NCBI GenBank assembly: GCA_050943735.1
Contig: JBMNPT010000004.1
Coordinates: 66,108-130,107 of the forward strand
Length of the DNA stretch: 64,000 nucleotides
Direction: 5' to 3'
Source of the DNA: Eubacteriales bacterium
GTDB lineage: Bacteria; Bacillota; Clostridia; Oscillospirales; RGIG577
The notes beneath the pieces were generated by a model. That model was not told where the DNA came from. It saw only the letters and a program-made list of their open reading frames with translations, and made no database searches. Position numbers and translations under genes: made by a program. Shown here piece by piece: positions 41,460-49,759 of this stretch. Position 1 is the first letter of the stretch; each line of letters begins with the position of its first letter.

Positions 41460-42602
41460 ATGAAACTGGACATCATTTTGCGAAACGGGACTCTGTTTAC
41501 CGGAGATTCCCAGCCTCTCTTCCGGGCCGATCTGGGAATTGCCGGCCGTTACATTGAATCCATTGGCGATCTTTCGAATGAACATGCGCCCATTGAAATC
41601 GACTGTTCTGATTTTGTGATTACCCCGGGCCTGATTGATTTTCACATTCATCTGTTTGACGAGGGCTCCGATCACGGTACCCGGCCCGATGTGGTGCTTC
41701 TTCCTTCAGGCGTCACTTCCGCTGTGGAAGGCGGAACCTGCGGCGTATGTACCTATCGTTCCTTCCACAAATTCATCATTCCCAACACCTTTGCCTCTAT
41801 CAAGAGCTATCTCAACGTGTCCTCTACCGGAATTCTCACCTACATGTTCCATGAAAATCCATCACCTCAATACTATGAGGAAGAAAAAATTTTGGACATG
41901 GTGGCACAATATCCAGAAATTATCGCCTTAAAGCTTCGGCTCAGTCTGGATCTGGATCCCCATATGACAGCGGAACCGCTGGAGCGCTCTCTTCGTATGG
42001 CGGAAAAGGCAAAGGTTCCCCTGGTGGTTCATGTAACCAATCCCCCCATCCCCTCAGAGGACATCCTGTCCCTGTTGCGGCCGGGAGATGTGTTCTGTCA
42101 CTGCTTCCATGGAAAGGGAAACACCTTGCTCAATGAGCGTGGCACTTTGAAAGAAGCCGCATGGGCGGCTCGGAAACGGGGTGTCATCTTTGACGCATGC
42201 AATGGCCAGGCCAATTACAGCCACCAAGTTGCTCAGGCAGCCATTGCCGAGGGATTTTATCCCGATGTAATCAGTACCGATATGAGCCGTATCCCTCATA
42301 CCATTTACAAAGAACCCGCCATTTCTCTGCCCCATATTCTCTCCAAATACCTGGCATTGGGTATGGAACTGCCGGATGTTCTGCATCGTGCCACCACCGC
42401 ACCGGCGTCTTTGGCAAAGTGGACCGATCGGGGCAAATTGCAGCCGCATATGCTGGCGGATATCAGTGTCTTCCAGCTGGTCAATCGGCCTGTACAATTC
42501 TATGACTTTGCCAACAATGTTCTTAGCGGAGAGCAACTGCTGGTACCCCAGGTCACCATCAAAGAAGGGACCATTTACTACCGTCAGCTGACAACTTTTT
42601 AA
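41460..42602 (+). CDS. Amidohydrolase-superfamily metallohydrolase (deacylase/dihydroorotase-like)
   Basis: N-terminal beta-sandwich followed by an HxH metal motif (ITPGLIDFHIHLF). 380 aa. Last gene of the TRAP operon. Confidence 0.8.
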   Translation: MKLDIILRNGTLFTGDSQPLFRADLGIAGRYIESIGDLSNEHAPIEIDCSDFVITPGLIDFHIHLFDEGSDHGTRPDVVLLPSGVTSAVEGGTCGVCTYRSFHKFIIPNTFASIKSYLNVSSTGILTYMFHENPSPQYYEEEKILDMVAQYPEIIALKLRLSLDLDPHMTAEPLERSLRMAEKAKVPLVVHVTNPPIPSEDILSLLRPGDVFCHCFHGKGNTLLNERGTLKEAAWAARKRGVIFDACNGQANYSHQVAQAAIAEGFYPDVISTDMSRIPHTIYKEPAISLPHILSKYLALGMELPDVLHRATTAPASLAKWTDRGKLQPHMLADISVFQLVNRPVQFYDFANNVLSGEQLLVPQVTIKEGTIYYRQLTTF

Positions 42603-42610
42603 GTGCATAC

Positions 42611-42648
42611 CGCAAACAGCCGGACCTTATGGTCCGGCTGTTTCTGTT
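42611..42648. terminator. Bidirectional terminator shared by the convergent amidohydrolase and GTPase-NYN genes
   Basis: 13-bp stem aaacagccggacc (42614-42626) / ggtccggctgttt (42631-42643) with loop ttat. The stop codon of the minus-strand ORF lies in the loop. Confidence 0.75.
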
Positions 42649-45245
42649 TCTTTGGAACGAATGATGGCCCGACTGCCCAGTCGGTTCATGGAACTGCCCT
42701 TCTGATTGTTTTGATGAATCAATTCCGCAATTTGACCGCTGGTCTGCTCCACTTCTTCCCGGAAGGCCTGAGCGGAAACCCGCATGGCACCATGCCCCAG
42801 AATAATCAGCTGTTCCAGATTATCTGAGGTGGCCACCCGCACTCGATGCTTTTTGCCCAATTCATAGGTGGCTTTTTCAATATAGGCATCCGCGGTTTCC
42901 GCCTCTTTGGTGAAAACCACATGGATATTGTGATACTGCATCACCTCGCCTACCCCTCTGGGCACTTTGTATGCGTCAAATACCAAAATCACCCGGCACT
43001 TGCGAAACCCCTGGTAATTGCACAAAATATCCATCAGCATTTGTCGGGCAGAAGCCACATCCTGCTGAGCGATTGCCCGCAGATCCTCCCAGGCAAACAA
43101 AAGATTATATCCATCCACCAGCAGATACTCCGGCCCTTTGGGCTCCCAATTGTGAGGCGACTGTGCCTGCTCCCTCTCCGGGCTGGGCGGCGCCTGAAAA
43201 TCCCGCCGTTTCACCGGTCCATAGGTTCTTTCAAAAATAGCCTGCAATTCCGCCTCTTCTCCGCCCCAGTTCCGGGAACGCGCGGGAGCTGGCGCAGTGT
43301 GTGATGGCAATGGCTCTTCCTCTTGGGATTTCCAGGCCCACTCCAGATGCATATGCTCCTCCACCTGATCCCATGGAACCACATACCCCGCTCCATGGGA
43401 ACAAAATACAGAATCAGCCGGATTGTCCACATCCCGATCACAGTCATAGCCCAACGCTTCTATCACCTCATCGGCATTGTGGCAAGAAGCATATCCCTCC
43501 ACCGTACAGGAAAGGCGCCCCCTTCCTTGGGTATAGGCTGCCACCTCTCTGGAATATTCCCGCATGGTGGCCACTGGGGCCCTTCCTTTCAAAACAGACC
43601 GTTCTCCCTGCACCTGCGGCGGCTGCATCTCTCCGCCCATCCGCTGAATGTCCGTCATGGCCCGGCCCACACATTCCTGAGGGACATCCAATGAAAAGGC
43701 ATACCAGGGCTCCAGCAGCAGGCTTTCCGTCCGGCGCAATCCTTGCCGCACTGCCCGATAGGTGGCCTGCCGAAAATCGCCTCCCTCTGTGTGTTTGGTA
43801 TGGGCCCGTCCGGTGAGTAGCGTAATTTTCACATCGGTGAGAGGGGAACCGGTGAGTACACCTACATGGGTCTTCTCAGCCAGATGGGTCAGAATCAGCC
43901 GCTGCCAGTTCCGATCCAGCACATCCTCACTGCACCGGCTGGACAGCCGAATGCCACTGCCCCGCTTTCCCGGCTCCAGCAGCACATGTACCTCCGCATA
44001 ATGCCGCAACGGTTCAAAATGCCCCACCCCTTCCACCGGCTGTGTGATGGTTTCCCGATACAAAATCCCTCCGGCGCCAAAGGTGATGTCCCAACTGAAC
44101 CGCTCCCGCACCATCCGCTGCAGCACTTCCATCTGCACCTCGCCCATGGGCTGCAGATGAATTTCCCGCAGGGTTTCATTCCATACCAGGTGCAGCTGTG
44201 GATCTTCCTCTTCCAGCTGCCGCAGCTGTTTCCATGCGGTATGAGATTCCACCCCCTGGGGTAGCTGTACCTGATAGTGCAACACCGGTTCCAACACCGG
44301 CGGTACCGAGGAGAGTTCTGCGCCCAACCCCTGCCCGGGCCAACTGTGTTCCAGGCCTGTGACTGCGCACACCATCCCCGCCGGCACCTCCTGTGCCAAC
44401 TGAAATTTACTCCCGGAATACAAACGGAGCTGATCTGCTTTTTCCTCTCCCTCCGGTCCTGCCAGTACATCCTTCACTCGCAGGACTCCTCCGGTCACTT
44501 TGAGATGGGTGAGACGTGCTCCCTGGCTGTCCCGGGAAATTTTATACACCCGGGCGCCAAAGGTCTCCGGCCAACAGGGCTGGGGAGCATACTGTCCCAA
44601 TCCGTCCAACAGGGCCTCTACCCCTTCCAGCCGCAGCGCCGACCCAAAATAACAGGGAAAGACCTTTCTCTGGCTCACCAGCCGCCGCACTTCCGCCTCC
44701 GGCAGGCTTCCATCCGCCAGATAGTGCTCCAACGCCGCCTCATCCCCCATGGCGGCGGCTTCCTGCCAGTCTGCTCCGTCCATGGCAACACAGCCATCTC
44801 CCAGCTGCTCATGCAGCTCTTCCATCACCCGCGCCCGGTCGGCCCCCGGCAAATCCATCTTGTTGACAAAGAGAAATACGGGGATTTGATAGCGCTCCAA
44901 CAGCTTCCACAAAGTCAGCGTATGCCCCTGCACTCCATCGGTGCCGCTCACCACCAGAATGGCCAGATCCAACACTTGCAGAGTTCTTTCCATCTCAGCG
45001 GAAAAATCCACATGTCCAGGCGTGTCCAGCAATTGAACCTCCAAATCTTTCCATCCAAAAGCCGCCTGTTTGGCAAAAATGGTAATGCCCCGTTCCCGCT
45101 CCATGGCGTCGGTATCCAGATAGGCATTCTGATGGTCCACCCGTCCCAATTTGCGGATGCGGCCGCTGAGGTACAAGATTCCTTCGCTCAATGTGGTTTT
45201 GCCCGCATCCACATGGGCCAATATGCCAACTGTTAATCGCTTCAT
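42627..45245 (-). CDS. Fusion protein: TetM/EF-G-like translational GTPase (about 640 aa), linker, and a Rae1/YacP-type NYN ribonuclease domain (about 170 aa)
   Basis: G1-G5 motifs are visible (AHVDAGKT, RGITI, DTPGH, NKMD, GSAL), and the layout is collinear with TetM/EF-G domains I-V. The C-terminus matches B. subtilis YacP block by block (LLVDGYN, VFDAY, FTKEAETAD, ATSDNLEQ). It is one uninterrupted 872-codon ORF. Confidence 0.85.
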   Translation of the reverse strand: MKRLTVGILAHVDAGKTTLSEGILYLSGRIRKLGRVDHQNAYLDTDAMERERGITIFAKQAAFGWKDLEVQLLDTPGHVDFSAEMERTLQVLDLAILVVSGTDGVQGHTLTLWKLLERYQIPVFLFVNKMDLPGADRARVMEELHEQLGDGCVAMDGADWQEAAAMGDEAALEHYLADGSLPEAEVRRLVSQRKVFPCYFGSALRLEGVEALLDGLGQYAPQPCWPETFGARVYKISRDSQGARLTHLKVTGGVLRVKDVLAGPEGEEKADQLRLYSGSKFQLAQEVPAGMVCAVTGLEHSWPGQGLGAELSSVPPVLEPVLHYQVQLPQGVESHTAWKQLRQLEEEDPQLHLVWNETLREIHLQPMGEVQMEVLQRMVRERFSWDITFGAGGILYRETITQPVEGVGHFEPLRHYAEVHVLLEPGKRGSGIRLSSRCSEDVLDRNWQRLILTHLAEKTHVGVLTGSPLTDVKITLLTGRAHTKHTEGGDFRQATYRAVRQGLRRTESLLLEPWYAFSLDVPQECVGRAMTDIQRMGGEMQPPQVQGERSVLKGRAPVATMREYSREVAAYTQGRGRLSCTVEGYASCHNADEVIEALGYDCDRDVDNPADSVFCSHGAGYVVPWDQVEEHMHLEWAWKSQEEEPLPSHTAPAPARSRNWGGEEAELQAIFERTYGPVKRRDFQAPPSPEREQAQSPHNWEPKGPEYLLVDGYNLLFAWEDLRAIAQQDVASARQMLMDILCNYQGFRKCRVILVFDAYKVPRGVGEVMQYHNIHVVFTKEAETADAYIEKATYELGKKHRVRVATSDNLEQLIILGHGAMRVSAQAFREEVEQTSGQIAELIHQNNQKGSSMNRLGSRAIIRSKETETAGP

Positions 45246-45359
45246 ACCCTACTCCCTGCCTGTCTGTTTGATCTTGCCCTTTATTGTACCACATTTCCCC
45301 CTTTGTGAAAACCTACGTTGCCTTCCTTGCCCACTCATGCTACACTGAAAGAAAAAAGT

Positions 45360-45386
45360 TGTAACCTTTTTCCTCACAATCCGTCT
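45360..45386 (+). promoter_or_regulatory. Putative ECF-type (autoregulated) promoter
   Basis: TGTAAC (45360-45365), 16 nt, CGTC (45382-45385). This is the AAC/CGT signature of many ECF-dependent promoters and lies about 25 nt upstream of the sigma gene start. Confidence 0.4.
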
Positions 45387-45410
45387 GTCACAGTGAAAGG
45401 AGGAATTGCC

Positions 45411-45971
45411 ATGACCGATGAAAGCATTGTGGCACTGTATTGGGCAAGAGATGAACAAGCATTGGTGGAAACCGACCGCCAGTACGGAAGCTATTGCCGT
45501 TCCATCGCCTATCACATCCTCTATGATTCGGAAGATGCAGATGAATGTGTCAATGACACCTGGATGCGAGCCTGGAACGCCATGCCTCCTCAGCGTCCCA
45601 ATCGTCTGTCTGCTTTTTTGGGGCGCATCACCCGCAATCTCTCACTGGACCGATATCGGGCACGCCATGCGCAAAAACGCGTCTCCAATGAATTTCCGCT
45701 GATCCTGGAGGAGCTGGAAGGCTGTGCCCCCGCTCCACTGGATACCGAACATATGGCGGAAGACAGAGAGCTGGCTGCCTCCATCAATGATTTTTTGCGG
45801 GAGCTTCCTGTCCGGGAATGCAATCTTTTTCTGGCCCGGTACTGGAACGGGCTGTCCATTGCGGAAATTTCCCGCCACTATGGTCTGACCCAGAGCCACG
45901 TGAAAACCATACTGTTTCGCTGCCGCAACCGGCTGCGCAGCCATTTGGAAAAGGAGGGGATCACACTGTGA
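45411..45971 (+). CDS. ECF-type sigma-70 family RNA polymerase sigma factor
   Basis: About 186 aa. Region 2 reads AEDADECVNDTWMRAW and region 4 reads ECNLFLARYWNGLSIAEISRHYGLTQSHVKTILFRCRNRL. GGAGGAA RBS lies before the ATG at 45411. Confidence 0.85.
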   Translation: MTDESIVALYWARDEQALVETDRQYGSYCRSIAYHILYDSEDADECVNDTWMRAWNAMPPQRPNRLSAFLGRITRNLSLDRYRARHAQKRVSNEFPLILEELEGCAPAPLDTEHMAEDRELAASINDFLRELPVRECNLFLARYWNGLSIAEISRHYGLTQSHVKTILFRCRNRLRSHLEKEGITL

Positions 45972-46918
45972 AAGGAGAACGGCTGTTCACCGCCATTGGC
46001 CAGGCGGATGAAGAACTATTGGACCGTTATCATCGTTCCCTGGCCCGACAGGTACACCCCTGGCGCCGCTGGGCAGCCATGGCTGCCTGTGCGTGCCTGT
46101 TGATTGCCACTGTCCAACTGCTGCCATCCATGATGTCAGGAGGTTCAACTTCCAGTGATTGCAACATGCAGCAATCCACCACATCTGGCGGCGGAAGCGA
46201 CAGCGGCTCCTCTCCCTCTTCCGGGGAACAAGGAAACGACACGTCCGGAGAAACCAACCCCGGCGATGGCTCCACCTCCAATGGCTCTGAAATCCCCCGT
46301 TGGGAAGACCGGAGTCTGACAGAGCGCTTCTCGCAGCTGGAATGGGAGGGCAAGACCTACACCAGCGATGAAGCCACATTGGAGAAAGCACAATTGGGCG
46401 AAACACTGGGCCATGCCACCTTAACCGGGTATGATCCTTACACCCAGCAAACCTACCAATGGGAAGCGAAATTGTATGCCATCCAGGGAATCAACCCCCA
46501 GTGTGCAGTGGCGGTGTGGTTGGAGGGAGAAGACGCACCTCATCCTTACATCAACAGCTCCTATCGTCCAGAAACCTTAGGGGAGTTCTGTGAAGCACTT
46601 TCCCTGCACACAAACCTGGAATTCGGTAGAGTTTGGAAAGATTCCTCCACCCTCGTGCAGGAGGACGCTGATGATGAAGCCATCTGGGCTTTGCTGGACC
46701 AGTGGACGGAAGCCCCCAATGAATGGGATGACGCCGATCCACGTTTCTATCCGCTGGCTGTGGACATCGGAGTGGATTTGCCTCTATTGGGCATCCACAA
46801 TGTCTCCATGGGTGTCACCACCAATGGGTATCTCACCACCAATCTGCTGGCCACCGGAAAGGGATTTTTCATCGGACCGGAAGCCGCAGAGGAACTGATT
46901 CAGTTGCTGCTGGATTGA
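45968..46918 (+). CDS. Putative anti-sigma factor or sigma-associated single-pass membrane protein
   Basis: The GTG start overlaps the sigma stop (GTGA). A short cytoplasmic N-terminus (ERLFTAIGQADEELLDRY) is followed by a TM helix (WAAMAACACLLIATVQLL), an S/G/T-rich linker and a ~200-aa extracytoplasmic domain. Confidence 0.5.
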   Translation: MKGERLFTAIGQADEELLDRYHRSLARQVHPWRRWAAMAACACLLIATVQLLPSMMSGGSTSSDCNMQQSTTSGGGSDSGSSPSSGEQGNDTSGETNPGDGSTSNGSEIPRWEDRSLTERFSQLEWEGKTYTSDEATLEKAQLGETLGHATLTGYDPYTQQTYQWEAKLYAIQGINPQCAVAVWLEGEDAPHPYINSSYRPETLGEFCEALSLHTNLEFGRVWKDSSTLVQEDADDEAIWALLDQWTEAPNEWDDADPRFYPLAVDIGVDLPLLGIHNVSMGVTTNGYLTTNLLATGKGFFIGPEAAEELIQLLLD

Positions 46919-46927
46919 AACAACAAT

Positions 46928-46962
46928 AAAAAGCCGTCCCATCTGAGATGGGACGGCTTTTT
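46928..46962. terminator. Bidirectional rho-independent terminator
   Basis: 13-bp stem aagccgtcccatc (46931-46943) / gatgggacggctt (46947-46959), flanked by A and T runs. Lies between convergent genes. Confidence 0.8.
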
Positions 46963-46977
46963 GAATGAGCTTTGAAA

Positions 46978-47643
46978 TCAGAACACCATGGCCACCGCTC
47001 TGGTGGGTGCGCCCGTAAAGCCCTTGAGCTTCAGTGGGAACGCCATGAGATAGCAGGTGTCATACTCCATCAATTCATCCGGAATATTGAGCTCTTCCAG
47101 CAGCCACACTTCTGCTGCCAGCAACACTTCATGGCAGGGTCTACCGGTACCTTCGTACCAACCACCCATGCTGAAGCCATCAATGCCAACACCTTTTACC
47201 TTCTTGTTCAGCAGCCATTTGGCTCCTTCTTCATTGAGATACGGCCAATCTTTATAGTACTCGTCGGTAAAGGCCCGCTTTTGACCCCAACCGGTACAAA
47301 GCACTACAATGCTGCCTTCTCCAATGCGATCCGCATAGGGTTCCAGCTGTTCCGGGCCAATGCCCTGCGCGGGAGCCAGCTTCCCTCGGAGATCCACCAA
47401 CACCGCTTCTCCCTGGTACAGATCTACCGGGAATTGATCAATGGTTTTTCCGGTGGGGAAAAAGTGGAAGGGGGCATCCAGATGAGTGCCAGTGTGTACA
47501 TTCATCTTAATCTGTTCCGCAGTGAATTTATCAGTGGGATACAGCGCCTCATACACCACATCAGTCATCTCATAGGTGGGCCAGCCAGGGCACTTGTCAT
47601 ACACCGGCTGCGACAGATCGTACATCTTTTTGAATGGTACCAT
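46978..47643 (-). CDS. Cyclase-family protein (kynurenine formamidase-like fold)
   Basis: The HTGTHLDAPFH motif (HxGTHxDxPxH) and the D/E-rich C-terminal half are typical of the putative-cyclase family. GGGAG lies about 11 nt before the ATG at 47643. The TTG at 47682 is less likely as a start. Confidence 0.8.
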   Translation of the reverse strand: MVPFKKMYDLSQPVYDKCPGWPTYEMTDVVYEALYPTDKFTAEQIKMNVHTGTHLDAPFHFFPTGKTIDQFPVDLYQGEAVLVDLRGKLAPAQGIGPEQLEPYADRIGEGSIVVLCTGWGQKRAFTDEYYKDWPYLNEEGAKWLLNKKVKGVGIDGFSMGGWYEGTGRPCHEVLLAAEVWLLEELNIPDELMEYDTCYLMAFPLKLKGFTGAPTRAVAMVF

Positions 47644-47685
47644 TGCTATATCGCTCCCTGCTGTTATGTTGTGAATTGACAAAAA

Positions 47686-48702
47686 TTATTCCTGAACCAT
47701 AACGGTATCCAAACCGCCGTTGCTCTCCAGTTCTTCGATGTTGTCCTTGGTCACCAGCAGAGTATTTACGCTGATTTCCTTCTCTACGGTTTCGCCATTC
47801 ATCAGCTTATTGATCTGCTCTGCTGCCAACTGACCCATCAGTACAGGCTGCTGTGCTGCGGCACATGCCATCTGGCCGCTCTTGAGAGCTTCAGGATATT
47901 CACTCTGGAAGTCAAATGCAGCGATCATCACATCGGTTCTGCCAGCAGAAGCCAATGCGGTCACAGCGCCCATGGAGGGGTCATCTGCCTGCACAAAAAT
48001 GCACTTCAGGTCGGGGTAAGCAGTAATCAGGTCCTGAGTAAAGGTTTCGCCTTCCTGACGGTTGTGCTTTTCCATCTGACGGAAGTCCACCTGCTCCAGA
48101 TTGTTCTTTGCAATACCTTCCTCAAAACCGGCTTTTCTCAGCTGTCCGTTGATACGGGCCTGGTTCAGAGTAATCTGTGCCACCTTGTCGCCGGGCTGCA
48201 GCAGAGATGCCACATACTCGCCCAGTTCCTTGGCGCCGCCCTTGTTGTCGGTGATGATAAACGAAGCGTATGTACCAGAGTCAGTACCTACGTCACAAAT
48301 TACCACAGGCACACCATTTTCTTCGGCCAGAGACAGAACAGCCGGGCAGGATGCGCTATCTACAGGAGAGATGACAATGGCGTCTGTTTCCTTTACAATG
48401 GCGTCCTGTGCGTTCTTCAGCTGGGTATCGGCACTATCCTTAGAATCATACACCTGTACTTCCGCATCGGGAGCCAGTTCCTTGGTCTTTTCCTCAATAC
48501 CGGTAGCCATGTAGCGCCAGAAGGGAATATCCATGGAAGGAGTCAGGTATGCAACCTTGTATGCACTTTTTGCTTCGCCGCCTCCATCGCTGGTACTGGT
48601 ATCTGTGCTGGTACTGGTGCTGGTATTGCTGTCTCCGCCGCAGCCTGCCAAAATGGACAGGGAGAGCAGTGCTGACAATGCCACAGATGCAAATTTTTTC
48701 AT
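47686..48702 (-). CDS. Sugar ABC transporter substrate-binding lipoprotein (RbsB/PBP1 type)
   Basis: MKKFASVALSALLSLSILAGCGG carries a lipobox, followed by an S/T-rich linker. The PBP type-1 pattern is present (KVAYLTPSMDIPFWRYM...). Confidence 0.85.
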   Translation of the reverse strand: MKKFASVALSALLSLSILAGCGGDSNTSTSTSTDTSTSDGGGEAKSAYKVAYLTPSMDIPFWRYMATGIEEKTKELAPDAEVQVYDSKDSADTQLKNAQDAIVKETDAIVISPVDSASCPAVLSLAEENGVPVVICDVGTDSGTYASFIITDNKGGAKELGEYVASLLQPGDKVAQITLNQARINGQLRKAGFEEGIAKNNLEQVDFRQMEKHNRQEGETFTQDLITAYPDLKCIFVQADDPSMGAVTALASAGRTDVMIAAFDFQSEYPEALKSGQMACAAAQQPVLMGQLAAEQINKLMNGETVEKEISVNTLLVTKDNIEELESNGGLDTVMVQE

Positions 48703-48771
48703 GTTTCTTCCTCCTTTAATCCTTATAGAGTCTCCTTTTCTCCTGTATAGTAAACCTTTCGGTTACAGGCT

Positions 48772-49755
48772 TTATTTGGCCCGCTTGCTGGAAAGCCGTT
48801 CGATCAGCACAGCGATGATGATAACCGCGCCTACCGCACTGCCCTGCCAGAAAGGATTGAGACCAATCAGGTTCAGCGCATTACGCAGGAAGCCCACCAG
48901 GAATACACCAATCAAGGTACCCCACAGGGTGCCCTTACCACCCATCATACTGGTGCCGCCGATGACCACTGCTGCGATGGCGTCCATTTCCATATCCTTG
49001 CCATAGGTGGGGTCTACTGCCATTAGACGGGAAGTCATCAGCCAGCCGGAAGTGGCGGAGAGCAGTCCACAGAACACATAGGCCATCATGGTGTTGAATT
49101 TGATGTTGATACCAGATACCCGTGCCGCTTCAGGATTGGAACCAATGGCGTACAGATACCGACCGAATTTGGTTTTCGCCATCACAAAAATGAAAATGGC
49201 AAACAGCAACAAAATGAATACCTGGTAGACCGAAATTTGTCCGATCAGTTTTCCCTTGCCCAAAAAACCAAATGCCTCTGGGAAACCAGAACAGGAGTTA
49301 CCATCCGAAATTACGTAACCCAAGCTGCGGCAAATCTGCATCATGCCCAGCGTTACAATAAAGGCAGGCATTTCCATATATCCCACCAACACGCCGTTGA
49401 TCAGACCCACTACCAGGCCGATGGCCAGCATAACGCAAATACTCAGCGTGACATTCTGAGTAGATTGTAGCACCATACCACCTACCATAGCGGACAAGCC
49501 CAACGTAGCGCCCACCGACAGGTCAATACCGGCGGTTACAATAACCAGAGTCATACCAATGGCAATGATGGCGTTGTTGGACACCTGACTCATTACATTC
49601 ATCAAATTCTTGGGGGTAAAGAAATACTCGTTGGCAAAGCTCATCACCACAAAAAAGAGAATGAAAATCAGCAGCATAGAAAGCTCTGTCTTAAATTCTC
49701 TGGCAGTACGCTGCAACGGTGTGGAAAGTCTTGCCTGTTTTTGTTCTACATTCAT
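48772..49755 (-). CDS. Sugar ABC transporter permease (RbsC/AraH family)
   Basis: Polytopic protein with typical blocks (GIDLSVGA, GG.S..GG.G...G...G). The ATG at 49755 follows the ATPase stop at 49760. Confidence 0.85.
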   Translation of the reverse strand: MNVEQKQARLSTPLQRTAREFKTELSMLLIFILFFVVMSFANEYFFTPKNLMNVMSQVSNNAIIAIGMTLVIVTAGIDLSVGATLGLSAMVGGMVLQSTQNVTLSICVMLAIGLVVGLINGVLVGYMEMPAFIVTLGMMQICRSLGYVISDGNSCSGFPEAFGFLGKGKLIGQISVYQVFILLLFAIFIFVMAKTKFGRYLYAIGSNPEAARVSGINIKFNTMMAYVFCGLLSATSGWLMTSRLMAVDPTYGKDMEMDAIAAVVIGGTSMMGGKGTLWGTLIGVFLVGFLRNALNLIGLNPFWQGSAVGAVIIIAVLIERLSSKRAK

Positions 49756-49759
49756 AAAA

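Noticed and set aside
34887-42660. Treating the tRNA-adjacent AT-rich block as a bona fide integrative mobile element
   Set aside because: There is no integrase, recombinase or transposase gene. I could not find a convincing direct repeat of the tRNA-Leu 3' end near 42600-42660; there is only a weak resemblance (cataccgca versus catccgca). It is kept only as a compositional observation.
42627-45245. Calling the GTPase gene a tet(M)/tet(O)-type tetracycline resistance determinant
   Set aside because: Only the overall fold is shared. The domain-IV tip loop differs from ribosomal-protection proteins. A 230-aa C-terminal extension with a NYN nuclease is present. No mobile-element context (Tn916-like genes) is nearby.
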